The notes under the pieces: generated by a model
Told to the model about the DNA's origin: nothing
The model's database searches: none
The model's input: only the letters and a program-made list of their open reading frames with translations
Made by a program: the position numbers and the translations under genes
Source: Eledone cirrhosa
Taxonomy: Eukaryota
Assembly: GCA_964016885.1 (NCBI GenBank)
Contig: OZ024740.1
Location: 223,200,001-223,264,000 of the forward strand
DNA: 64,000 bases
Direction of reading: 5' to 3'
Part shown: positions 14,222 to 26,900 of the stretch, piece by piece
Numbering within the stretch: position 1 is the first letter of the stretch
How the letters are laid out: every line of letters begins with the position of its first letter

Positions 14222-14940
14222 TTAATAAGAGGAATTCCAACTTTGTCTGATTTACTCGTTTTATTTACAATCCTTTAAAATATATATAATGGTATTATAA
14301 TGAAATAGTATGATAGAATATTAAATTCTAAGTGTGAATTGAACAAGTACTTTCATGCTTTCGCAATCTTCAGGTTCATGATATGTGGTGACAGTCGAGT
14401 TTGCAATTTTCAACTGTAATGAGATGGGTAAATTTCCTACCTTTTATACATTTTATACAGAGAAAAGTGGCTCCAGAATGCAAAGCCCCGTAAACTGTAT
14501 TTCGACCAATCAGTGTGTAGTTTCACTGAATTACTACAGCTGATTGGTTAAAGCGTCACGGCTGGTTGAGCATGCTAACGACCAGTAGTCATATCCAACG
14601 TATCAATTGTTTTGCTTTTTTTTTAAATGATGAAAATAGCATTTTCTATTAATCATCACCATCAACATCACTTTTATTATTATTATTATTGTTGTTGTTG
14701 TTGTTGTTAGTGGTCGTGGTCATAGTGGTAGTGGAAGTAATACCCCTAGGCGTTATTATTGTTCATTTAGCTTGGGTTTGAATTTATCAATAAAATTCTT
14801 TTATTTGATTTTTCTCTTGATTTCACTTGGGCTGTGTAATTTGTAGAATGGGAATATTATAAATATTCCCTGACCACATGTTGCCAGGTGGCCGCTTAGG
14901 GGTATCTGACGGACATTTGGGTCTCTGATTTGTTGACGGT
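14222..14940 (-). mobile_element. Penelope-like element 3' arm: C-terminal part of GIY-YIG plus pseudo-LTR
   Basis: Reverse complement of 39027-39754 with only scattered substitutions. Encodes RQQIRDPNVRQIPLSGHL...FIDKFKPKLNEQ*. Confidence 0.93.
14340..14378 (-). ncRNA. Minimal type I hammerhead ribozyme in the PLE pseudo-LTR
   Basis: ugaac CUGAAGA u-ugc-gaaa-gca-u GAAAG-ua-CUU guuca, with palindromic stem III AAGUACUU. Confidence 0.78.
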
Positions 14941-17900
14941 CGAGCCCATAGCCGGGGCTAGCCCATAGCCGGGGCTAGCCCCTAGCCGGGTCGAGCCCAT
15001 AGCCGGGTTCGAGCCCCTATCCGGTTCGAGCCCATAGCCGGGTCGAGCCCATAGCCGGTTCGAGCCCATAGCCGGGGCGAGCCCCTAGCCGGGTCGAGCC
15101 TCTAGCCGGGTCGAGCCCATAGCCGGGTCGAGCCCATAGCCGGGTTGAGTCCAGAACGAGGCTTAGACCAGAACGAGGCTACTTCCAGAACGAGGCTACT
15201 TCCAGAACGAGGCTGAGTCCAGACTGAGGCTGAGCCCAGAACGAGGCTGAGCCCAGAACGAGGCTGAGCCCAGAACGAGGCTGAGTCCAGAACGAGGTTG
15301 AGTCCAGAACGAGGCTGAGTCCAGAACGAGACTGAGACCAGAACGAGGTTGAGTCCAGAACGAGGCTGAGTCCAGAACGAGGATGAGTCCAGAACGAAGC
15401 TGAGTCCAGAACGAGGCTGAGTCCAGAACGAGGCTGAGTCCAGAACGAGGCTGAGCCCAGAACGAGGCTGAGCCCAGGGCGAGGATGAGCTTAGAAGGAG
15501 GCTGAGCCCAGAACGAGGCTGAGTCTAGAACGAGGCTGAGTCTAGAACGAGGCTGAGTCTAGAACGAGGCTGAGTCCAGAACGAGACTGAGTCCAGAACG
15601 AGGCTGAGTCCAGAACGAGACTGAGTCCAGAACGAGGTTGAGTCCAGAATGAGGCTGATTCCAGAAGGAAGCTGAGTCCAGAACGAGGCTGAGTCCAGAA
15701 CGAGGCTGAGTCCAGAACGAGGCTGAGTCCAAAACGAGGCTGAATCCAGAACGAGGCTGAGTCCAGAACGAGGCTTACCCAGAACGAGGCTGAGTCCAGA
15801 ACGATGCTGAGTCCAGAACGATGATGAGTCCAGAACGGGGCTGTGTCCAGAACGAGACTGAGTCTAGAACGAGACTGAGTCCGAAACGAGGCTGAGTCCA
15901 GAACGAGGCTTAGTCCAGAACGAGGCTTAGTCCACAACGAGGCTTAGTCCACAACGAGGGTGAGTTCAGAACGAGGCTGAGTCCAGACCGAGGCTGAGTC
16001 CAGAACGAGGCTGAGTCCAGAACGAGGCTTAGACAGAACGAGGCTGAGTCCAGAACAAGGCTGAGAACATAATGAGGCTGAGTCCAGAACGAGGCTTAGT
16101 CCAGAACGAGGCTGATTCCACTACGAGGCTGAGTCCAGAACGAGGCTGAATCCAGAACGAGGCTTAGTCCAGAACGAGGCTGAGCCCAGAACGAGGCTAC
16201 ATCCAGAACGAGGCTGAGTCCAGAACGAGGCTGAGCCCAGAATGAGGCTGAGCCCAGAACAAGGCTAAGCTCAGAACGAGGCTGGGCCCAAACCAGGCTG
16301 AGTCCAGTACGAGGCTAAGCCCAGAACGAGGCTGAGCCCAGAACGAGGTTGAGCCCAGAACGAGGCTGAGTCCAGAATGAGGATGAGTCCAGAATGAGGC
16401 TGAGTCCAGAACGAGGCTGACTCCACTACGAGACTGAGGCACAGAACGAGGCTGATTCCAGAACGAGGCTGAATCCAGAACGAGGATGAGTCCCGAACGG
16501 AGCTGAGTCCAGAACGAGGCTGAGTCCAGTACGAGGCTAAGCCCAGAACGAGGCTTAGTCCAGAACGAGGCTTAGTCCACAACGAGGGTAAGTTCAGAAC
16601 GAGGCTGAGTCCAGACCGAGGCTGAGTCCAGAACGAGGCTGAGTCCAGAACGAGGCTTAGCCCAGAACGAGGCTGAGTCCAGAACAAGGCTGAGAACATA
16701 ATGAGGCTGAGTCCAGAACGAGGCTTAGTCCAGAACGAGGCTGATTCCACTACGAGGCTGAGTCCAGAACGAGGCTGAATCCAGAACGAGGCTTAGTCCA
16801 GAACGAGGCTGAGCCCAGAATGAGGCTACGTCCAGAACGAGGCTGAGTCCAGAACGAGGCTGAGCCCAGAATGAGGCTGAGCCCAGAACAAGGCTAAGCT
16901 CAGAACGAGGCTGGGCCCAAACCAGGCTGAGTCCAGTACGAGGCTGAGCCCAGTACGAGGCTGAGCCCAGAACGAGGCTGAGCCCAGAACGAGGCTCAGT
17001 CCAGAATGAGGCTGAGTCCAGAATGAGGCTGAGTCCAGAACGAGGCTGACTCCACTACGAGGCTGAGTCCCGAACGAGGCTGAGTCCAGAACGAGGCTGA
17101 ATCCAGAACGAGGATGAGTCCCGAACGAGGCTGAATCCAGAACGAGGCTTAGCCCAGAACGAGGCTGAGTCCAGAACGAGGCTGAGAACATAATGAGGCT
17201 GAGTCCACAACGAGGCTGAGTCCAGAACGAGGCTGACTCCACTACGAGGCTGAGTCCAGAACGAGGCTGAGTCCAGAACGAGGCTGAATCCAGAACGAGG
17301 CTTAGTCCAGAACGAGGCTGAGCCCAGAACGAGGCTGAGTCCAGAACGAGGCTGAGCCCAGAGTGAGGCTGAACCCAGAACAAGGCTAATCTCAGATCGA
17401 GGCTGAGCCCAAACGAGGCTGAGTCCAGTAGGAGGCTGAGTTCATAACGAGGCTGAGTCCAGAACGAGGCTGAGCCCAGAACGAGGCTAAGCCCAGAACG
17501 ATGCTATGTATAGAACGAGGCTGAGTCCAGAACGAGGCTGAGTTCAGAACGAGGCTGAGTCCAGAACGAGGCTGAGTCCAAAACGAGGCTGAATCCAGAA
17601 CGAGGCTGAGTCCAGAACGAGGCTTAGTCCAGAACGAGGCTGAGTCCAGAATGGGCTGAGTCCAGAACGATGCTGAGTCCAGAACGATGCTGAGTCCAGA
17701 ACGGGGCTGTGTCCAGAACGAGACTGAGTCCAGAACGAGACTGAGTCCGAAACGAGGCTGAGTCCGAAACGAGGCTGAGTCCAGAACGAGGCTTAGTCCA
17801 GAACGAGGCTTTGTCCAGAACGAGGGTGAGTTCAGAACGAGGCTGAGTCCAGAACGAGGCTGAGTCCGGCTCGAGCCCATAGCCGGGTCGAGCCCCTAGC

Positions 17901-20900
17901 CGGGTCGAGCCCATAGCCGGGTCGAGCCCATAGCCGGGTAGAGCCCCTAGCCGGGTCGAGCCAATAGCCGGGTTGAGCCCATAGCCGGGTCGAGCCCATA
18001 GTGGGGGAGCCCATAGCCGGTCGAGCTCATAGCCGTGTCGAGCCCATAGCCGGATCGAGCCCCTAGCCGGGTCGAGCCCATAGCCGGGTCGAGCCCATAG
18101 CCCGAGCCCATAGAACGAGGCTGAGCCCAGAACGAGGCTGAGCCCAGAACGAGGCTGAGTCTAGAACGAGGTTGAGTCCAGAACGAGGTTGAGTCCAGAA
18201 CGAGGCTGAGTCCAGTACGAGGCTGAGTTCAGAACGAGACTGAGTCCAGCACAATGCTGAGTCCACTACGAGGCTGAGTCCAGAACGAGGCTGAGTCCAG
18301 AACGAGGCTGAGCCCAGAACGAGGCTGAGCCCATAACGAGGCTGAGACCAGAACGAGGCAGAACCCGGAACGAGACTGAGTTCGGAACGAGGCTGAGCCC
18401 GGAACGAGGCTGAGTCCAGAATGAGGCTGATTCCAGAAGGAAGCTGAGTCCAGAATGAGGCTGAGTCCAAAACGAGGCTGAATCCAGAACGAGGCTGAGT
18501 CCAGAACGAGGCTGAGTCCAGAAAGGGCTGAGTCCAGAACGATGCTGAGTCCAGAACGAGACTGAGTCCAGAACGAGACTGAGTCCGAAACGAGGCTGAG
18601 TCCGAAACGAGGCTGAGTCCAGAACGAGGCTTAGTCCAGAACGAGGGTGAGATCAGAACGAGACTGAGTCCAGAACGAGACTGAGTCCAGAACGAGGATG
18701 AGTCCGGCTCAGCCCATAGCCGGGTCGAGCCCCTAGCCGGGTCGAGCCCATAGCTGGGTCGAGCCCATAGCCGGGTAGAGCCCCTAGCCGGGTCGAGCAA
18801 ATAGCCGGGTTGAGCCCATAGCCGGGTGGAGCCCATAGTGGGGCGAGCCCATAGCCGGGTCGAGCTCATAGCCGGGTCGAGCTCATAGCCGTGTCGAGCC
18901 CATAGCCGGGTCGAGCCCCTAGCCGGGTCGAGCCCATAGCCGGGTCGAGCCCATAGCCCGAGCCCATAGAACGAGGGTGAGCCCAGAACGAGGCTGAGCC
19001 CAGAACGAGGCTGACTCCAGAACGAGGTTGAGTCCAGAACGAGGCTGAGTCCAGTACGAGGCTGAGTTCAGAACGAGACTGAGTCCAGCACAATGCTGAG
19101 TCCACTTCGATGCTGAGTCCAGGCGAGGCTGAGAACATAATGAGGCTGAGTCCAGAACGAGGCTGAGTTCAGAACGAGGCTGAGTCCAGAACGAGGCTGA
19201 GTGCAGAACGAGGCTGAGTCCAGAACGAGGCTGAGTCCAGAACGAGGCTGAACCCAGAACAAAGCAGAGCCCAGAACGAGGCTGAGCCCAGAACGAGGCT
19301 GAGCCCAGAACGAGGCTGAGTCCGGATCGACCCCATAGCCGAGTCGAGCCCATAGCCGGGTCGAGCCTCTAGCCGTGTCGAGCCCATAGCCGGGGCGAGC
19401 CTCTAGCCGGGTCGAGCCCCTAGCCGGGTCGCGCCCATAGTCGGGTCGAGCCCCTAGCCGGGTCGAGCCTCTAGCCGGGTCGAGCCCATGACCGGGTCGA
19501 GCCCCTAGCCGGATCGAGCCCATAGCTGGATCGAGCCCATAGTGGGTCGAGCCCATAGCCGGGTTGAGCCCATAGCCGGGTCAAGCCCCTAGCCGGGTCG
19601 AGCCCATAGCCGGTTGAGCCCCTAGCCGGGTCGAGCCAATATACTGGTCGAACCCCTAGCCGGGTCGAGCCCATAGCCGGGTCGAGCCCCTAGCCGGGTC
19701 GAGCCCATAGCCGCGTCGAGCCCATAGCCCGAGCCCATAGAAAGAGGCTGAGCCCAGAACGAGGCTGAGCCCAGAACGAGGCTGAGTCTAGAACGATGTT
19801 GAGTCCAGAACGAGGTTGAGTCCAGAACGAGGCTGAGTCCAGTACGAGGCTGAGTTCAGAACGAGACAGAGTCCAGCACAATGATGAGTCCACTTCGATG
19901 ATGAGTCCAGAACGAGGCTGAGCCCAGAACGAGGCAGAGCCCAGAACAAGGCAGAACCCGGAACGAGACTGGGCCCGGAACGAGGCTGAGCCCGGAACGA
20001 GGCTGAGCCCCGAACGAGGCTGAGTCAGGAACGAGGCTGAGTCCACTACGAGGCTGAGTCCAGAACGAGGCTGACTCCAGAACGAGGCTGATTCCAGAAC
20101 GAGGCTGAGTCCAGAACGAGGCTGAGTCCAGAACGAGGCTGAGCCCAGAACGAGGCTGAGGCCAGAACGAGGCTTAGTCTAGAACGAGGCTTAGTCCAGA
20201 ACGAGGCTGAGTCCAGAACGAGGCTGAGAACATAATGTGGCTGAGTCCAGAACGAGGCTGAGCCCAGAACGAGGCTGAATCCAGAACGAGGCTGAGTCCA
20301 GAACGAGGCTGAGCCCAAACGAGGATGAGTCCAGTAGGAGGCTGAGTCCATAACGAGGCTGAGTCCAGAACGAGGCTGAGCCCAGAACGAGGCTGAGCCC
20401 AGAACGAGGCTGAGCCCAGAACGAGGCTGACTCCACTACGAGGCGGAGTCCAGAACGAAGCTGAGTCCAGAACGAGGCTGAATCCAGAACGAGGCTTAGT
20501 CCAGAACGAGGCTGCGCCCAGAACGAGGCTGAGTCCAGAACGAGGCTGAGCCCAGAATGAGGCTGAGCCCAGAACAAGGCTAAGCTCAGAACGAGCTTGG
20601 GCCCAAACCAGGCTGAGTCCAGTACGAGGCTAAGCCCAGAACGAGGCTGAGCCCAGAACGAGGTTGAGTCCAGAATGAGGCTGAGTTCAGAACGAGGCTG
20701 ACTCCACTACGAGACTGAGTCCAGAACGAGGCTGAGTCCAGAACGAGGCTGAATCCAGAACGGGGATGAGTCCCGAACGAGGCTGAGTCCAGAACGAGGC
20801 TTTGCCCAGAACGAGGCTGAGTCCAGAACGAGGCTGAGAACATAATGAGGATGAGTCCAAAACGAGGCTGAGTCCAGAACGAGGCTGAGTCCAGAACGAG

Positions 20901-23900
20901 GCTGAATCCAGAACGAGGCTTAGTCCAGAACGAGGCTGAGCCCAGAACGAGGCTGAGTCCAGAACGAGGCTGAGTCCAGAACGAGGCTGAGCCCAGAATG
21001 AGGCTGAGCCCAGAACAAGGCTAAGCTCAGAACGAGCTTGGGCCCAAACCAGGCTGAGTCCAGTACGAGGCTAAGCCCAGAACGAGGCTGAGCCCAGAAC
21101 GAGTTTGAGTCCAGAATGAGGCTGAGTTCAGAACGAGGCTGACTCCACTACGAGACTGAGTCCAGAACGAGGCTGAGTCCAGAACGAGGCTGAATCCAGA
21201 ACGGGGATGAGTCCCGAACGAGGCTGAGTCCAGAACGAGGCTTTGCCCAGAACGAGGCTGAGTCCAGAACGAGGCTGAGAACATAATGAGGATGAGTCCA
21301 AAACGAGGCTGAGTCCAGAACGAGGCTGAGTCCAGAACGAGGCTGAATCCAGAACGAGGCTTAGTCCAGAACGAGGCTGAGCCCAGAACGAGGCTGAGTC
21401 CAGAACGAGGCTGAGTCCAGAACGAGGCTGAGCCCAGAATGAGGCTGAGCCCAGAACAAGGCTAATCTCAGAACGAGGCTGAGTCCACTACGAGACTGAG
21501 TCCAGAACGAGGCTGAGTCCAGAACGAGGCTGAATCCAGAACGGGGATGAGTCCCGAACGAGGCTGAGTCCAGAACGAGGCTTTGCCCAGAACGAGGCTG
21601 AGTCCAGAACGAGGCTGAGAACATAATGAGGCTGAGTCCAGAACGAGGCTGAGTCCAGAACGAGGCTGAATCCAGAACGAGGCTTAGTCCAGAACGAGGC
21701 TGAGCCCAGAACGAGGCTGAGTCCAGAACGAGGCTGAGTCCAGAACGAGGCTGAGCCCAGAATGAGGCTGAGCCCAGAACAAGGCTAATCTCAGAACGAG
21801 GCTGAGTCCAGTAGGAGGCTAAGTCCACAACGAGGCTGAGCCCAGAACGAGGCTGAGCCCAGAACGAGGCTGAGCCCAGAACGAGGCTGAGCCCAGAACG
21901 AGGCTGAGCCCAGAACGAGGCTAAGCCCAGAACGATGCTGAGTCCAGAACGAGGCTGAGTCCAGAACAAGGCTGAGAACACAATGAGGCTTAGTCTAGAA
22001 CGAGACATAGTCCAGAACGATGCTGAGTCCAGAACGAGGCTGAGTCCAGAATGATGCTGAGTCCAGAACGATGCTGAGTCCAGAACGAGGCTGAGTCCGG
22101 ATCGAGCCCATAGCCGAGTCGAGCCCATAGCCGGGTCGAGCCTCTAGCCGTGTCGAGCCCATAGCCGGGGCGAGCCCCTAGCCGGGTCGAGCCCCTAGCC
22201 GGGTCGCGCCCATAGCCGGGTCGAGCCCCTAGCCGGGTCGAGCCTCTAGCCGGGTCGAGCACATGACCGGGTCGAGCCCCTAGCCGGATCGAGCCCATAG
22301 CTGGATCAAGCTCATAGTGGGTCGAGCCCATAGCCGGGTCGAGACCATAGCCGGGTCGAGCACCTAGCCGGGGCGAGCCCCTAGCCGGGTCGAGCCCATA
22401 GCCGGGTCGAGCCCATAGCCGGTTCGAGCCCATAGCCGGGTCGAGCCCATAGCTGGATCGAGCCACTAGCTGGGTCGAGCCCATAGCCGGGTCGAGGCCC
22501 TAGCCGTGTCGAGCCCCTAGCCGGGTCGAGCCCATAGCCGAGTCGAGCCCATAACCGGGTCGAGCCCATAACCGGGTCGAGCCCATAGCCGGGTCGAGCC
22601 CATAGCCGATGCAGAGTCCAGAACGAGGCTGAGTCCAAAACGAGGCTGATTTCAGAACGAGGTTGAGTACTGAACGAGGCCGAGTCCAGAACGAGGCTGA
22701 GCCCAGAACGAGGCTGAGTCCAGTACGAGGCTGAGTCCAGAACGAGGCTGAGTCCAGAACGAGGCTGAGTCCAGAACGAGGATGAGTTCAGAACGAGGCT
22801 GAGTCCAGAACGAGGCTGAGTTCAGAACGAGGCTGAGTCCAGAACGAGGCTGAACCCAGAACGAGGCAGAGCCCACAACGAGGCTGAACCCAGAACGAGG
22901 CTGAGCCCAGAACGAGGCTGAGTCCGGATCGAGCCCATAGCCGAGTCGAGCCCATAGCCGGGTCGAGCCTCTAGCCGTGTCGAACCCATAGCCGGGGCGA
23001 GCCCCTAGCCGGGTCACGCCCATAGCCGGGTCGAGCCCCTAGCCGGGTCGAGCCTCTAGCCGGGTCGAGCCCATAGCCGGGTCGAGCCCCTGTCTGGATC
23101 GAGCCCATAGCCGAGTCGAGCCCATGCCGGGTCGAGCCCATAGCCGGGTTGAGCCCATAGCCGGTCGAGCCCATAGCTGGGTCGAGCCCCTAGCCGGGTC
23201 GAGCCCCTAGCCGGGTTGAGCCCATTATGGGTCGAGCCCATAGCCGGGTTGAGCCCATAGCCGGGTCGAGCCCCTAGCCGTGTCGAGCCCATAGCCGGGT
23301 CAAGCCCCTAGCCGGGTCGAGCCCATAGCCGGGTTGAGCCCCTAGCCGGGTCGAGCCAATATACTGGTCGAACCCCTAGCCGTGTCGAGCCCCTAGCCGG
23401 GTCGAGCCCATAGCCGGGTCGAGCCCCTAGTCGAGTCGAGCCCATAACCGGGTCGAGCCCATAGCCGGGTCGAGCCCATAGCCGATGCTGAGTCCAGAAC
23501 GAGGCTGAGTCCAAAACGAGGCTGATTTCAGAACGAGGTTGAGTACTGAACGAGGCCGAGTCCAGAACGAGGCTGAGCCCTGAACGAGGCTGAGCCCAGA
23601 ACGAGGCTGAGTCCAGTACGAGGCTGAGTCCAGAACGAGGCTGAGTCCAGAACGAGGCTGAGTCCAGAACGAGGCTGAGTCCAGAACGAGGCTGAGTTCA
23701 GAACGAGGCTGAGTACAGAACGAGGCTGAGTTCAGAACGAGGCTGAGTCCAGAACGAGGCTGAGTCCAGAACGAGGCTGAACCCAGAACAAGGCAGAGCC
23801 CACAACGAGGCTGAACCCAGAACGAGGCTGAGCCCAGAACGAGGCTGAGTCCGGATCGAGCCCATAGCCGAGTCGAGCCCATAGCCGGGTCGAGCCTCTA

Positions 23901-26900
23901 GCCGTGTCGAACCCATAGCCGGGGCGAGCCCCTAGCCGGGTCACGCCCATAGCCGGGTCGAGCCCCTAGCCGGGTCGAGCCTCTAGCCGGGTCGAGCCCA
24001 TAGCCGGGTCGAGCCCCTAGCTGGATCGAGCCCATAGCCGAGTCGAGCCCATGCCGGGTCGAGCCCATAGCCGGGTTGAGCCCATAGCCGGTCGAGCCCA
24101 TAGCCGGGTCGAGCCCCTAGCCGTGTCGAGCCCCTAGCCGGGTCGAGCCCCTAGCCGGGTTGAGCCCATTATGGGTCGAGCCCATAGCCGGGTTGAGCCC
24201 ATAGCCGGGTCGAGCCCCTAGCCGTGTCGAGCCCATAGCCGGGTCAAGCCCCTAGCCGGGTCGAGCCCATAGCCGGGTTGAGCCCCTAGCCGGGTCGAGC
24301 CAATATACTGGTCGAACCCCTAGCCGGGTCGAGCCCATAGCCGGGTCGAGCCCCTAGCCAGGTCGAGCCCATAGCCGGGTCGAGCCCATAGCCCGAGCAC
24401 ATAGAACGAGGCTGAGCCCAGAACGAGGCTGTGCCCAGAACGAGACTGAGTCTAGAACGAGGTTGAGTCCAGAACGAGGTTGAGTCCAGAACGAGGCTGA
24501 GTCCAGTACGAGGCTGAGTTCAGAACGAGACTGAGTCCAGCACAATGCTGAGTCCACTTCGATGCTGAGTCCAGAACGAGGCTGAGGCCAGAATGAGGCT
24601 GAGCCCAGAACGAGGCTGAGCCCAGAACGAGGCAGAACCCGGAACGAGACTGAGTCCGGAACGAGGCTGAGCCCAGAACGAGGCTGAGTCCGGAACGAGG
24701 CTGAGTCCACTACGAGGCTGAGTCCAGAACGAGACTGAGACCAGAACGAGGTTGAGTCCAGAACGAGGATGAGTCCAGAACGAAGCTGAGTCCAGAACAA
24801 GGCTGAGTCCAGAACGAGGCTGAGTCCGGCTCGAGCCCATAGCCGGGTCGAGCCCATAGCCGAGTCGAGCCCATAGCCGGGACGAGCCCATAGCCGGGTA
24901 GAGCCCCTAGCCGGGTCGAGCCAATAGCCGGGTTGAGCCCATAGCCGGGTCGTGCCCATAGTGGGGCAAGCCCATAGCCTGGTCGAGCCCATAGTCGTGT
25001 CGAGCCCATAGCCGGATCGAGCCCCTAGCCGGGTCGAGCCCATAGCCCGAGCCCATAGAACGAGGCTGAGCCCAGAACGAGGCTGAGCCCAGAACGAGGC
25101 TGAGTCTAGAACGAGGTTGAGTCCAGAACGAGGTTGAGTCCAGAACGAGGTTGAGTCCAGTACGAGGCTGAGTTCAGAACGAGACTGAGTCCAGCACAAT
25201 GCTGAGTCCACTTCGATGCTGAGTCCAGAACGAGGTTGAGCCCAGAACGAGGCTGAGCCCAGAACGAGGCAGAACACGGAACGAGACTGAGCCCGGAACG
25301 AGGCTTAGCCCGGAACGAGGCTGAGCCCAGAACGAGGCTGAGTCCGGAACGAGGCTGAGTCCACTACGAGGCTGAGTCCAGAACGAGGCTGAGTCCAGAA
25401 CGAGGCTGAGACCAGAACGAGGCTGAGTCCAGAACGAGGCTGAGTCCAGAACAAGGCTGAGTCCAGAACGAGGCTGAGCCCAGAACGAGTCCGAGCCCAG
25501 AACGAGGCCGAGCCTAGAACGAGGCCGAGCCCAGAACGAGGCCGAGTCCAGAACGAGGTTGAGTTCAGAACGAGGTTGAGTCCAGAACGAGGCTGAGTCC
25601 AGAACGAGGCTGAGCACAGAACGAGGCTGAGCCCAGAACGAGGCTGAGCCCTGAACGAGGATGAGCCCAGAACGAGGCTGAGTCCAGTACGAGGCTGAGT
25701 CCAGAACGATGCTGAGTCCAGAACGAGGCTAAGTCCAGAACGATGCTGAGTCCAGAACGAGGCTGAGTCCAGAACGAGGCTTAGCCCAGAACGAGGATGA
25801 GTCCAGAACGAGGCTGAGTCCAGAACGAGGCTGAGTCCAGAACGAAGCTGAGTCCAGAACGAGGCTGAGCGCAGAACAAGGCTGAGCCCAGAACGAGGCT
25901 GAGCCCAAACGAGGCTGAGTCCAGTACGAGGCTGGGCCCAGAACGAGGCTGAGTCCAGAATGAGGCTGAGTCCAGAATGAGGGTGAGTCCAGAACGAGGC
26001 TGACTCCACTACGAGGCTGAGTCCAGAACGAGGCTGAGTCCAGAACGAGGCTGAATCCAGAACGAGGATGAGTCCCGAACGAGGCTGAGTCAAGAACGAG
26101 GCTTTGCCCAGAACGAGGCTGAGTCTAGAACGAGGCTGAGAACATAATGAGGCTGAGTTCAGAACGAGGCTGAGTCCAGAACGAGGCTGACTCCACTACG
26201 AGGCTGAGTCCAGAACGAGGCTGAATCCAGAACGAGGCTTAGTCCAGAACGAGGCTGAGCCCAGAACGAGGCTGAGTCCAGAACGAGGCTGAGCCCAGAG
26301 TGAGGCTGAGCCCAGAACGAGGCTGAGTCCAGAACGAGGCTGACTCCACTACGAGGCTGAGTCCAGAACGAGGCTGAGTCCGGATCGAGCCCATAGCCGA
26401 GTCGAGCCCATAGCCGGGTCGAGCCTCTAGCCGTGTCGAGCCCATAGTCGGGGCGAGCCCCTAGCCGGGTCGCGCCCATAGCCGGGTCGAGCCCCTAGCC
26501 GAATCGAGCCTCTAGCCGGGTCGAGCCCCTAGCCGGGTCTAGCCCCTAGCCGGATCGAGCCCATAGCCGAGTCGAGCCCATGCCGGGTCGAGCCCATAGC
26601 CGGGTTGAGCCCATAGCCGGTCGAGCCCATAGCCGGGTCGAGCCCCTAGCCGTGTCGAGCCCCTAGCCGGTACGAGCCCCTAGCGGGGTCGAGCCCATGG
26701 CCGGGTTGAGCCCCTATCCGGGTCGAGCCCATAACCGGGTCGAGCCCATAGCCGATGCTGAGTCCAGAACGAGGCTGAGTCCAGAACCAGGCTCAGTCCA
26801 GAACGAAGCTGAGTCCAGAGCGAGGCTGAGTCCAGTACGAGACTGAGTCCAGAACAAGGCTGAGTACAAAACGAGGCTGAGCCCAGAACGAGGTTGAGCC